Shown here: positions 1 to 9,322 of the stretch, piece by piece
Layout: each line of letters starts with the position of its first letter
How positions within the stretch are numbered: the stretch's first letter is position 1
From: Escherichia phage P896
Direction: 5' to 3' (one strand)
Sequence record: OL451225.1
Length of the DNA: 64,000 nt
Translations under genes and position numbers: made by a program
The notes under the pieces: model-generated
The model's input: the letters and a program-made list of their open reading frames with translations, nothing else
Told to the model about the DNA's origin: nothing
Database searches by the model: none

Positions 1-191
1 GACGGACCAGCAAAAATAGTCAAACCTGACTGCATACCACCATCTAGTGCACCGCTGATTGCAATGTTCAGCATCGGGATTTTTGTACGAACTACATCTT
101 TACCATTAAAGAACTTGGACTTGGTAAGAGTCGCGGTCATTTTGGATGTAGAAGCTTTAATCAAACGGGATTTCAAATCTGCAATAGACAT
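1..191 (-). CDS. uvsX: UvsX recombinase (RecA-like), N-terminal fragment; gene continues beyond the window start
   Basis: Minus-strand translation from ATG at 191 reads MSIADLKSRLIKASTSK...SKFFNGKDVVRTKIPMLNIAISGALDGGMQSGL, matching the recalled T4 UvsX N-terminus. Absent from the ORF track because there is no stop inside the window. Confidence 0.7.
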   Translation of the reverse strand, partial: MSIADLKSRLIKASTSKMTATLTKSKFFNGKDVVRTKIPMLNIAISGALDGGMQSGLTIFAGP

Positions 192-276
192 TCATTTTTT
201 CCATAGGCACCATCATATTTTTCTCACAGGTTTAAGATATGATAATTATATCACTGTATTTTTAGAGCAATTAATG

Positions 277-780
277 TTAGTTAATACCTTGGCGTGCTTT
301 CTCTTTAGCTACACATTTATTAATATAGCTCAGACGGTTTTGAGCAGAACGCTGATACATATCGCGGTACTCATTAGCTTTTGGAGAACCCGTCTCCGCT
401 GCCTGATAAGCTTCTGCGCGCATGATGTTTATCTGCATATTGATATATGACATGCAGACCTGCGAAATCTGGTTAACAGTATCCAGGTCATTTTGTCGCT
501 TGGTTTCTGCTTCCAGCTTGGCAATGATTTCGTCATGCTTCGCAGCTTGCTCGCGTTTGTACTCAATTTCTTGTTGAGCATATTTCGCGCAGTTGTTTCC
601 ACATTGATTGTTGTCGCGTTTGTAGATAAGTCCAGTACCACCTTTGAAATCAAAGGAACCATTATGCACCTGACGGTCTGCAGCAATTCGCGCTTTACCA
701 ATCTCGTTGGCATTAACAACATCACCCTGGTAAGCACAACCAGATAGCAGCATAACAGCTGCGATAGCTAACTTTTTCAT
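277..780 (-). CDS. predicted lipoprotein, 167 aa (signal peptide with LSGC lipobox)
   Basis: ORF 277..807 trimmed to the internal ATG giving MKKLAIAAVMLLSGC. Sits where T4 carries beta-gt and gene 42. Confidence 0.55.
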   Translation of the reverse strand: MKKLAIAAVMLLSGCAYQGDVVNANEIGKARIAADRQVHNGSFDFKGGTGLIYKRDNNQCGNNCAKYAQQEIEYKREQAAKHDEIIAKLEAETKRQNDLDTVNQISQVCMSYINMQINIMRAEAYQAAETGSPKANEYRDMYQRSAQNRLSYINKCVAKEKARQGIN

Positions 781-930
781 TGTATTTTCCTCAATTAAAA
801 CATTCATAGCGGGCTTGGAGCCCCAAAAATACCCAACCCAAAATTAAAGTTGGAATCATATGTGGAGTCATTATTGCCCAGTAGATTGACATACTAAAAA
901 ATGCAATCAGTACAATAATTGTAATTATCT

Positions 931-1173
931 TCATTTTGCTTCCTTGATGATAATTACTTGTGCATTTGATTTACGTTCAGCAACGAGTGCCCAGATAAAT
1001 GCAATAAACCATCCGACCATTGTCCAACCTAACAGGAGGTTAACAAAGAAGATTCCGCAATTACTTTTGGTTCCACGCAGTAGCGCGATAATCCACGGCA
1101 GAAAATATACCAGTGCAGCCAGGAAGAAAGAACCAGCCCCAAGAACAACAGTACCCGCAATTAATGCTTCCAT
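931..1173 (-). CDS. imm: small two-helix membrane protein, Imm-like (superinfection immunity) by position
   Basis: ORF 931..1245 starts on GTG; trimmed to ATG at 1173 preceded by GAGGA. 80 aa with two hydrophobic helices, immediately downstream of gene 43 as imm is in T4. Confidence 0.5.
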   Translation of the reverse strand: MEALIAGTVVLGAGSFFLAALVYFLPWIIALLRGTKSNCGIFFVNLLLGWTMVGWFIAFIWALVAERKSNAQVIIIKEAK

Positions 1174-1189
1174 TTTAATATCCTCAAGT

Positions 1190-1245
1190 TTGTAATCAGT
1201 AGTTGATGGAACAATCATACGGCAATCCTTTGCCGTTGTAAACAC
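1190..1245 (-). promoter_or_regulatory. sigma70-type early promoter cassette (minus-strand -35 GTTTACA, 17-bp spacer, -10 TATGAT) with CGGCAA/TTGCCG inverted repeat in the spacer
   Basis: Read directly on the minus strand upstream of the imm-like start; same architecture recurs across the window. Confidence 0.5.
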
Positions 1246-3960
1246 TTAAAAATCAAACATATCAAAAAGAGTTGCTTTCTTTTCGTAATCAACCTTTGCA
1301 GCTTCGGAGAAACCTGTTAATGGCTTAACAAAAGTCTTCTGGAACAGTGTGTTGTAGTCCATCCACTGCAGAACCTGGTCACGGATTTCAATCGGGAGTT
1401 CAATCCCAGATGGCCATGCAATCACGGTTTCACCAAACGGGTTGCCGACTTTGAGCGGAAGTACATACACCTTTTCCCCTTCCATGATTTGCGGAACAGT
1501 CTTCAGACCTTTAGTTGCACGCATATATGCAAGCACACCTTTGATATGAGCCGGACACTTAAATCCAGGGAAACCGCCTTCATTATATTTCTGGATGTTG
1601 TTAACCGATGATACACCTGCGATGGTCATGTAGTTAAGCTCATTAAATTCCTTATTGAATTCCTTGAAGTATGTCTGCAGAGATTCTTCACCTTCTTGCA
1701 GCATACGGCGGATACATTCTTTCAGAGCTTTCTGACATGCCTTTGGAGTACTCGACTTTTGAGTTTCCAGACCCATGATTTTCAGTTTCGGAACAGCATA
1801 TCGTGTGCCTTCCATATCGTACACGTTCAACGCATAACGCTTCTTCGCTGTCCAGAATCCACCAACACCCTTCGAACCCAGTGGAGGACATGCAATCGCC
1901 TCACGGTCCATAAACATAAGGTGCTGTTTGTTGTTCATGTATTCAGCCAGCTCACGGAAAGCTTTATCGATTGCCGGTTCCAGACGGTCTTTCGCAAACT
2001 TGTCCATGAAGTCAACCAGGTGGTTTGTATCGCGGAATTTAGATTCACCACCAACCTTTTTAATCAGGTTATCGCACTGGATATAAATGGAGTCAGTGTC
2101 ACCATAGAATACGTAGGTTTCGCCGCTTGTCCCACAGACACTATCGAAGTATTCGTTAACTTTACGCTCAATCCACTGCAATGCAAGTTGTCCGAAAGAT
2201 GTAATCGCGGTTGCATTTCGCAGGTCAAAGTAACGGAACCATATATTGCCCAGAGCGCCATAACAACTGTTGATAAGCAGTTTACGGTTAATCTGTGCGG
2301 TCATGCCTGCAACTTCTTCCATCTGCGCTTTGTACAGCATACCATTTAGGACTGTTTGATTCAGACCATGCAGGGCCGTTTTCATATTGTCATCAAAGTC
2401 ATGACGATAATCAACTTCAGGCTCGGTTGTACCAGTTCCTGGATTACGCAGAGCTTCCTTAATCAGTTCACCATTACGTTGAGCCGCAAGCATATAGCCT
2501 TTGTGTTCTTTACGCTGATTAAACACCTTGGTGACTTCTGTCGGAATAATACCCGCAACATCTTTAAAATACATCATACCATTTGGAGCACAACTAAATG
2601 TATCAGATGGACGGTCAGCAGTTCCTGCAATGTATTCGTACATCGGCGCTGGCGCAAATGACCCGGCAATCGTTTCTGGACTGATGTTAATCTGTCGGAT
2701 AATGCTTGGATACAGAGATGTTAAGTCACAGCTCATTACATATTTGTATGCGTTCGGAATCGGTTCCTTAACAAATGCACCAGGGAACGATTGGCGAACA
2801 TGTGATTTGGTTTCCGGAATGACTTTGTTTTGAGTCTTCAGGCTGTTAAAGATAATCGCATCCCAAGTTTTGATTGGGCTGAATACAGACTGAATCTGCA
2901 TTTTTGCATAATAACCCATTGACTGGCTCAGGTTAATAAACTGCCGCTTACGGTCAATCTGCACAACACGATAAACGTCGATGATGTTATAAGAAATATA
3001 CCGCTGGTGATTTGATTCACGCAGTTTAGAAATCGGGCCATCATACGGGAGTTTACCAACACCCAGTTCAGATTCCGCAACATAATCCAACGAATAAGAC
3101 GGTTGGTTTGTGAAGCTGAACTTTTTATACAGGTCCAGATAATCCAGAACAGAGATACCCAGAATCTGAATGATTTCTTGTTCTTCACCAAAGCCGTTGT
3201 TAATGACTTTAACTTTTGTACGACGATGTGGGCTCAGACGTTTTGCCGTAGCTTCACCAAATACATTTTTAAGGCGGTTGTAGATATATGGAATATCAAA
3301 CTTCTCGATGTTCCAACCAGTTAACATAACCGGAGTTTTCTCGTTCCAGAATACCAAATACTGCTGGAGCATTTCTTCTTCTGAATCGAAAGCCATATAA
3401 ACAATTTTTTCCAGGATTTCTTCCGGGACTTCATCACCACCATCTTCCTGCAGCTTAGCAGCAATATCAATAGACCATTGCTCCACAGTGGCGTATGGTG
3501 AGCCCAAAAGGTCAAAGACATAGAATTTATCGTCTACCGAATCATAGTGCGTCAGGGCGTCAATAGGGTGACGTGCTTCAGACGGCTCAGGGAACCCATC
3601 AGGAGATGTCACCTCGATATCGAAGTTAGCCACACGGATTTTACTTGAATCGTATTTGATTTCGTGCGGGTAACGGTCGGACAAGTATGCGAGTTTAAAG
3701 TCGTCCATGCCCATGGCTTCGAGGCCCATGTCATTCATTCGCTTCATCCACTGGGATGCATCACGCATGGAATCGAATTCTTTTTTCACACAACCTTTAT
3801 TATAGATGTCTGTATACTTTGCAGCTTGGTCTTCACGGGCGTGCATAAACAAGCATGGAGCATAAGGGATTTCACGAACACGTTCATGACCATTCTTGTC
3901 AATATATCGTTCGTGTAGGTTGTCACCGATTTGTTCGATAGTTAAATAAAATTCTTGCAT
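1246..3960 (-). CDS. 43: DNA polymerase (family B), gp43
   Basis: 904-aa ORF with N-terminus MQEFYLTIEQIGDNLHERYID close to recalled T4 gp43; exonuclease and polymerase motifs (YGDTDS) present; ATG start with AAGGAAA RBS. Confidence 0.97.
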   Translation of the reverse strand: MQEFYLTIEQIGDNLHERYIDKNGHERVREIPYAPCLFMHAREDQAAKYTDIYNKGCVKKEFDSMRDASQWMKRMNDMGLEAMGMDDFKLAYLSDRYPHEIKYDSSKIRVANFDIEVTSPDGFPEPSEARHPIDALTHYDSVDDKFYVFDLLGSPYATVEQWSIDIAAKLQEDGGDEVPEEILEKIVYMAFDSEEEMLQQYLVFWNEKTPVMLTGWNIEKFDIPYIYNRLKNVFGEATAKRLSPHRRTKVKVINNGFGEEQEIIQILGISVLDYLDLYKKFSFTNQPSYSLDYVAESELGVGKLPYDGPISKLRESNHQRYISYNIIDVYRVVQIDRKRQFINLSQSMGYYAKMQIQSVFSPIKTWDAIIFNSLKTQNKVIPETKSHVRQSFPGAFVKEPIPNAYKYVMSCDLTSLYPSIIRQINISPETIAGSFAPAPMYEYIAGTADRPSDTFSCAPNGMMYFKDVAGIIPTEVTKVFNQRKEHKGYMLAAQRNGELIKEALRNPGTGTTEPEVDYRHDFDDNMKTALHGLNQTVLNGMLYKAQMEEVAGMTAQINRKLLINSCYGALGNIWFRYFDLRNATAITSFGQLALQWIERKVNEYFDSVCGTSGETYVFYGDTDSIYIQCDNLIKKVGGESKFRDTNHLVDFMDKFAKDRLEPAIDKAFRELAEYMNNKQHLMFMDREAIACPPLGSKGVGGFWTAKKRYALNVYDMEGTRYAVPKLKIMGLETQKSSTPKACQKALKECIRRMLQEGEESLQTYFKEFNKEFNELNYMTIAGVSSVNNIQKYNEGGFPGFKCPAHIKGVLAYMRATKGLKTVPQIMEGEKVYVLPLKVGNPFGETVIAWPSGIELPIEIRDQVLQWMDYNTLFQKTFVKPLTGFSEAAKVDYEKKATLFDMFDF

Positions 3961-4010
3961 TTGGTTTCCTTTATAGTCGAGTGATTGACTTTTGTTTTAT
4001 GACTTGACGC

Positions 4011-4031
4011 TATTATACTACAAAAGGGACC
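4011..4031 (-). terminator. stem-loop GGGAC-UUCG-GUCCC followed by U-rich tract, between regA and gene 43
   Basis: Hairpin with tetraloop and TTTTG run read on the minus strand; about 50 nt upstream of the gene 43 RBS. Confidence 0.5.
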
Positions 4032-4050
4032 GAAGTCCCTTTGCTTTAAA

Positions 4051-4419
4051 TCAATTACCAATTGTATATTTGGCTACGAGCTTCCAGTCGTCTTTTTGTT
4101 TGAAGGAGATAACACGGAAGTTATTTGTTACTGCGAACAATTCATTATGCTCTTCTTCTTTGATAGCGATTAAGCCCCAGTCTTCAAGCAGTTGAGCAAT
4201 GGAATCACGGCGCTGATAGTCTTCGCCATCAATATCCACCTGACGACCATCCATGCGCAGCATTTCTTTGAAGTGAACAATATAATAACGACCTTGCTTT
4301 TGGAGGATGTGGCAGCTCTGGTACAGCACACGGTCTTTATTATTTGCGATGCCCATACGGGTCAGAGTTTCTTTAACTTTCAGGAAGTCTTCAGGTTGCT
4401 TTAATGTAATTTCAATCAT
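4051..4419 (-). CDS. regA: RegA translational repressor of early genes
   Basis: 122 aa, same length and position (between 62 and 43) as T4 RegA. Confidence 0.85.
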   Translation of the reverse strand: MIEITLKQPEDFLKVKETLTRMGIANNKDRVLYQSCHILQKQGRYYIVHFKEMLRMDGRQVDIDGEDYQRRDSIAQLLEDWGLIAIKEEEHNELFAVTNNFRVISFKQKDDWKLVAKYTIGN

Positions 4420-4420
4420 T

Positions 4421-4999
4421 TTACCATTCCAATATTTGTTTTTTAATTTCTTTTTGTTCTTTCACATTACTGGTAACGGTCTTTAAGAATTCATCCGTTA
4501 CCAGACCTTTTGTCTTTTTCAAAACATCTTTAAGACTACCTTTGACTTTCAATGTTTCCATATACATCAAAGCATCATCTGCATTAATTGTATAATATTT
4601 CATTAAAAGCTTGAGCACAAGCTGAACGCTGACTACATCCGGTTCAGACTTGGCCCATTTGCCATAACGCTTGCCTTGCGGAACCGCATGCAGCAAATAA
4701 TTATAATGCTGCTGGTCTGTTAACCCGGAACCGATTAAGTTCATCACGTTCACCTGCATGATGCAATCAACATGTTGACTCAATGCGTTATCCAGCCAGA
4801 ATTTATTGTAGTTTTCCGATTGAATCAGGTTCCGTGGTTTTTTGCTAACGGTTATGTCGTTAAGAATCGCGAACAATTCATTTTCTGCTTTCTCTTTGTA
4901 TGAATCGGACAATTCCTGAATTTTGTTAAAGTCGCGTGATTTCCACGCAACCTCATGTTCGTTTAATTGAACGTCATCATCAAAGAGACTTACAGCCAT
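4421..4999 (-). CDS. 62: clamp loader small subunit gp62
   Basis: 192 aa; N-terminus and synteny with gp44 match T4 gp62. Confidence 0.88.
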   Translation of the reverse strand: MAVSLFDDDVQLNEHEVAWKSRDFNKIQELSDSYKEKAENELFAILNDITVSKKPRNLIQSENYNKFWLDNALSQHVDCIMQVNVMNLIGSGLTDQQHYNYLLHAVPQGKRYGKWAKSEPDVVSVQLVLKLLMKYYTINADDALMYMETLKVKGSLKDVLKKTKGLVTDEFLKTVTSNVKEQKEIKKQILEW

Positions 5000-5949
5000 T
5001 TCATTTCCCCAGCCAGTTGAGCAAACAAATAAGTCAAGTGAACTTCGGTATTGGCCGCAATGCCATGGTACTGATTATTCTCACCTACAATCTCATACAT
5101 GCGGATGATACTTGCACCAGTCAGTTTGCCATACATTTCATCAGCCAGCTTTGCGATGAAGCTTGAATAATCATTTGCATGCTTAGGAGCCAGGCCACGG
5201 AGAACTTTAAAGTTACGGTCCTTAAGGGCATCAATCACATCATCAATTGGTGTGCGATTGTTTGTCACGATACTCAGAATACCAGAATCGATAACACCCT
5301 TTGCCGAGTAACGGTCAAGCTCGTTAATTGTCTTACGCAGGTCCGGGAAGTTATGCTTAACCAGAGCAGCAACAACTTTCAGGTCTTCGATTTCAACGCC
5401 TTCATTTTTACATACCGCAACTGCACGATGAATCATCTCTTTCATCATGGTAGTCTGGTCAGCCGGAGTTGCTTCACCGAACTTAATGACGCGACAACGA
5501 GACTGCAACGGAGTAATGATGCCATCAATATTGTTCGCGGTCATAATGATTGAACAGTTGCTCGAATAAGCTTCCATAAAGCTACGGAGGTGCCGTTGTG
5601 ATTCAGCCAGACCTGCACGGTCGAACTCATCGATAACGATTACCTTGCGGCGACCTTCGATTGATTTGGATGATGCAAAGCGAGTCAATTCATTACGCAC
5701 AAAGTCAATTCGACAATCGGAGCCGTTAACAAACAGCATATCAGAATTCGTATCTGCGCACATAGCTTTTGCAACTGTTGTCTTACCAGTACCAGGGGAA
5801 CTACTGACCAGAATCAAGTTAGGAATCAAACCTTTTTTAACAATCGCCTCTAATGTTTCTTTATCATGAGCCGGGAGAATACACTCTGATAATGTACCTG
5901 GGCGGTATTTTTGTTCCCACATGAATTCTTTGTCATTAACCGTTAACAT
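4990..5949 (-). CDS. 44: clamp loader ATPase subunit gp44 (AAA+)
   Basis: 319 aa; Walker A SSPGTGKTT and DEFD Walker B; position between 45 and 62. Confidence 0.95.
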   Translation of the reverse strand: MLTVNDKEFMWEQKYRPGTLSECILPAHDKETLEAIVKKGLIPNLILVSSSPGTGKTTVAKAMCADTNSDMLFVNGSDCRIDFVRNELTRFASSKSIEGRRKVIVIDEFDRAGLAESQRHLRSFMEAYSSNCSIIMTANNIDGIITPLQSRCRVIKFGEATPADQTTMMKEMIHRAVAVCKNEGVEIEDLKVVAALVKHNFPDLRKTINELDRYSAKGVIDSGILSIVTNNRTPIDDVIDALKDRNFKVLRGLAPKHANDYSSFIAKLADEMYGKLTGASIIRMYEIVGENNQYHGIAANTEVHLTYLFAQLAGEMKWL

Positions 5950-6005
5950 ATATTTTCCTCATATTAGTTTCTACTTTGTACTCCATGGGGTCAAAGCCCC
6001 ATTTA

Positions 6006-6701
6006 TTAATCTTGGAATTCGTGGCTAGAGCCTTGTTCCATTGCAATCACATAGCTTGCTTGTGTGCCTTCAAACTTCGTAGCAAATTTATCATCTTTCG
6101 CCCAAAGCATAACACGGTAATCAGCCGGAATCATTTTCATGTTCAGTTTGTTAATGATAAATTTGAACGCTGCATCGCCTTCATAATCACCACACACCAG
6201 GGAATACAATGGACGCGTTAATTCTTTATCTTCGAGCTGGTTATAACCATGGATAACAATCTTACCGTCTTTGTTGGTGATTGCAAAAGTATCCAGAGAC
6301 AAACCACCAGCCACACGCAGAAGCTGCTGCAGGTCACTACCTTTCAGGTCGAAGATAACCTTAGCTACCGGGAAAGGAATCTTCTTAGCAGGGAACACGA
6401 TAGTGCTCGGGTCAGCTGCAGGCCAGTGAATCGTTGAACGTTGGTCTTTGATAATGATATTCGATGCATCTTCAGCCAGGGATACTTCAGCTTGGTCAGT
6501 TACCAGGCCCAGAATACTTAAGAAGCCGTTCAGGTCATAAATTGCAGCTTCAAAGTCAATTGTATCATTGATTTCAGATTCACCATATGACGCTCCAGTT
6601 ACAGAACGAGTCAGGATGGTATTACCCGGCTTAAGCATAATGCCAGAGTAAATGGAAGTGAAGTTTTTCAGAACTGCGATAGTGTCTTTAGAGAATTTCA
6701 T
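6006..6701 (-). CDS. 45: sliding clamp gp45
   Basis: 231 aa; N-terminus MKFSKDTIAVLKNF close to recalled T4 gp45 MKLSKDTTALLKNF. Confidence 0.95.
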   Translation of the reverse strand: MKFSKDTIAVLKNFTSIYSGIMLKPGNTILTRSVTGASYGESEINDTIDFEAAIYDLNGFLSILGLVTDQAEVSLAEDASNIIIKDQRSTIHWPAADPSTIVFPAKKIPFPVAKVIFDLKGSDLQQLLRVAGGLSLDTFAITNKDGKIVIHGYNQLEDKELTRPLYSLVCGDYEGDAAFKFIINKLNMKMIPADYRVMLWAKDDKFATKFEGTQASYVIAMEQGSSHEFQD

Positions 6702-6731
6702 TTAATTACCTTTTATTCAAATCAAAATTAA

Positions 6732-7139
6732 TTAAGCAACAACTGCCATTTGTTTGCGGATAGCTTCTGGAAGAGATTCAATATACTCTGGAAGTTGCGC
6801 AGCAATAATAGAACCAGCTTGCACCAGATGGTCGTCAGAGTTAACACAATAATCATCTTCAAGACGTTCGGAACCGTCGCGGTCGATAACCAGTTTAGCA
6901 CCAGCAGCCAGTGAATCGTTGTAGTGATTGCGCATCAGTTCAATCCACTTATCAGATACATCAGTATCAATCACACCATACAACATGAATTTAACTTCTT
7001 GAGGAAGTGATTTCAAACGGGTGGCAGATGCTTCATCACATGCCAGGACCCAGGATTTGCGGACGCGGTTTTGGTTATGTGGGTTGGCGTCGGTGCGGAT
7101 GGTTTTAACTTGGATATCTTTAGCAGTTACGTTGTTCAT
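6732..7139 (-). CDS. rpbA: RNA polymerase binding protein RpbA (by position)
   Basis: ORF 6732..7163 begins on TTG; trimmed to ATG at 7139 preceded by AGAGAGAAT; lies between 46 and 45 as in T4. Confidence 0.55.
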   Translation of the reverse strand: MNNVTAKDIQVKTIRTDANPHNQNRVRKSWVLACDEASATRLKSLPQEVKFMLYGVIDTDVSDKWIELMRNHYNDSLAAGAKLVIDRDGSERLEDDYCVNSDDHLVQAGSIIAAQLPEYIESLPEAIRKQMAVVA

Positions 7140-7163
7140 AATATTCTCTCTATTCATTATCAA

Positions 7164-7355
7164 TTAATCAAAGTATTCATATGCAAACCAGGCTTTGTGT
7201 CTGTTCGCGATTATTTTAACATATTCTTCACCGAAAGCGTTTTGTAAGTCACGTTCAGTAACAAGGTGTTCATCTTTCGAAAAGGTATTAACTAACACAT
7301 ACCGTTTAATTTCAGGGACAGCCAGTAAATGCTGCCCGGTTAAGAAGTCAGCCAT
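7164..7355 (-). CDS. hypothetical protein, 63 aa
   Basis: ORF 7164..7415 begins on TTG; trimmed to ATG at 7355 with AGAGG RBS. Confidence 0.4.
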   Translation of the reverse strand: MADFLTGQHLLAVPEIKRYVLVNTFSKDEHLVTERDLQNAFGEEYVKIIANRHKAWFAYEYFD

Positions 7356-7389
7356 AATAGCCTCTATTATAACATCCTTGTTTAAAGCA

Positions 7390-9072
7390 TTATTCCATAA
7401 CAGTGAATCGACCAACTTTTTTCATCTGGAGATGTTGCCCGTATGCTTCCGGGTCATGGTCTCGGTGACTGATAATAAAGATGTTGGTGTCTTCCAATTT
7501 GTTCAGGATGGTAGCAATTGCTTTAACCCCCTCTACATCAGTAGCTGAATCGAAAACTTCGTCCAGAATCAAGGTGTTAATATTAACACCAGATACTTTC
7601 GCAGCAATATCACGCCATGTAAACAGCAATGCAATATCGATACGAGCTTTTTCACCTTGGCTAAATGATGCATAGCTGAAGTCTTCACGTCCACGAGATT
7701 TAATCGTTTCGTTGAACTCTTCATCTAACGTAAAACTATAATCAGCTTCCATAACTTTAAGGTAAGCGTTTATCTGCTTATTAAAGATAGGAATATATTT
7801 CTTAATAATAGCACCTTTGATACCGGAATCTTTCAACATATCCGTTAGGATACCACGTTGATATTTTTCCATCACAAGGTCGGATTTCTGTTTGACTATT
7901 TTATCAAGCTGGTCTTGAAGCATTTTAATGTCTGCCGCATGGTCAATGAATTCTGACTTAGCTTGCTCGATTAATGCTTTAACCTTTTTAGCTTTTTCGA
8001 CAGTCTGGACTAAGGTTTGTTTCTTAGTTTGAATGTCTTGAGCTATTGTACGTTGTTTTTGTCTTGCAGCAGAATACGCATCAAATTGCTCCTGAACAGC
8101 GTTCTGGCGAGCTTTATGGTTATCAGCTGATACATTACATTCTTCAATCTTTGACTCAATCCTGGCGACAATGGGGTCTCCTGGATGCAACTGACTGGCA
8201 CAAGTCTGACAACAACCACCTTTCTCGTACAGACCAACAACCTTTCGGTAATCGTCTATCTTCGACTTAATCAGGAATGATTCCTGCTTTAACTTCGTGA
8301 GTTCATGCTCAGGGTCTTCTCCCAAGATTATCTCGGTCAGTCTTGTCGTTGCTTCTTCGATAGTCGTTTTGATTCCACGTGCTTCCGTAGCAAGTTCATC
8401 ATACATCGTTTGTAGCCGCAACAGATTATCACCTGATAATTTTCTTTGACGGTCTTCGTTGTCCTGATAGATTTTAATCTGTTGAACAATACCATCATGC
8501 TGCACATCCATCACCTGGATTTGACTATTGACTTCGCGGATAAGAGATTTGTTCAGCTTATCCATATCGGCCAGTACAGAAACCTCTAAAAGGTCTTCGA
8601 CAAGTTTTCTTCTTGCAGGAGTGGATAGGCCCATAAAAGGGGTATATCCAGCTGTGCCGAGTACGACAATCTGTTTGAAGCTTGCATAGGACATTCCGAT
8701 AAGCTGTTCAAATTCCGCTTGGAAGTCTTTACTGCTGGCAGATTCATCAAGACGTTTACCGCCACAAGAGATTTCAAAAACATTGGGTTTTTGCCCGCGT
8801 TTGATATAGTATTCTTTTCCATCATATTCCATCCACAATTCAACGAGCATATCTTTTTTGTTGCTCGAGTTAATCAACTGGCCTTTCTTTACATCACGGA
8901 AAGGCTTACCGAACATAGCAAAGGTAACCGCTTCAAGGAACGTAGATTTACCCGCGCCATTCTTACCGGTGACCAGAGTTTTTTGGACTTTATCCAGTTC
9001 AACAGTAATCGGTTGAGCACCAACCGACATAATATTTTTATAGATAACTTTCTTAAGCTTAAAAGTCTTCAT
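7390..9072 (-). CDS. 46: recombination endonuclease subunit gp46 (SbcC/Rad50-like ATPase)
   Basis: Walker A GKNGAGKST near N-terminus, long coiled-coil middle, C-terminal signature/Walker B; start set at MKTFKL (T4 gp46 begins MKNFKL). Confidence 0.93.
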   Translation of the reverse strand: MKTFKLKKVIYKNIMSVGAQPITVELDKVQKTLVTGKNGAGKSTFLEAVTFAMFGKPFRDVKKGQLINSSNKKDMLVELWMEYDGKEYYIKRGQKPNVFEISCGGKRLDESASSKDFQAEFEQLIGMSYASFKQIVVLGTAGYTPFMGLSTPARRKLVEDLLEVSVLADMDKLNKSLIREVNSQIQVMDVQHDGIVQQIKIYQDNEDRQRKLSGDNLLRLQTMYDELATEARGIKTTIEEATTRLTEIILGEDPEHELTKLKQESFLIKSKIDDYRKVVGLYEKGGCCQTCASQLHPGDPIVARIESKIEECNVSADNHKARQNAVQEQFDAYSAARQKQRTIAQDIQTKKQTLVQTVEKAKKVKALIEQAKSEFIDHAADIKMLQDQLDKIVKQKSDLVMEKYQRGILTDMLKDSGIKGAIIKKYIPIFNKQINAYLKVMEADYSFTLDEEFNETIKSRGREDFSYASFSQGEKARIDIALLFTWRDIAAKVSGVNINTLILDEVFDSATDVEGVKAIATILNKLEDTNIFIISHRDHDPEAYGQHLQMKKVGRFTVME

Positions 9073-9322
9073 CGTAATAAGCATCCTTGATACATGATTC
9101 AGCCATATGGATTAATGCCTCTGGAGTATCATCTTCCATTACATTAAAGCTAAATTCCACGGCCCAATCGGTGACTACATAGACTTTGATAAGTTGACCA
9201 GTTTCCCGGTCAGTGATAGCTTCAAACCAATACTTAATAGTATTCGGTTGATTATCGTCGTCAACCACATCACATTCGCGGATATGCTCAAGTCCCGCTT
9301 CATTAAAATCATAAAGTCTCAT
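9059..9322 (-). CDS. hypothetical acidic protein, 87 aa, between genes 47 and 46
   Basis: ATG start; start overlaps gene 47 stop and end overlaps gene 46 start (coupled). Confidence 0.5.
   Translation of the reverse strand: MRLYDFNEAGLEHIRECDVVDDDNQPNTIKYWFEAITDRETGQLIKVYVVTDWAVEFSFNVMEDDTPEALIHMAESCIKDAYYDEDF

Noticed and set aside
64-450. 128-aa plus-strand ORF at the window start
   Set aside because: It lies antisense to the uvsX N-terminus and the lipoprotein gene, has no RBS, and its residues are low-complexity; it is a shadow ORF.
1696-2349. 217-aa plus-strand ORF inside gene 43
   Set aside because: Antisense to the well-supported DNA polymerase reading frame; no independent support.
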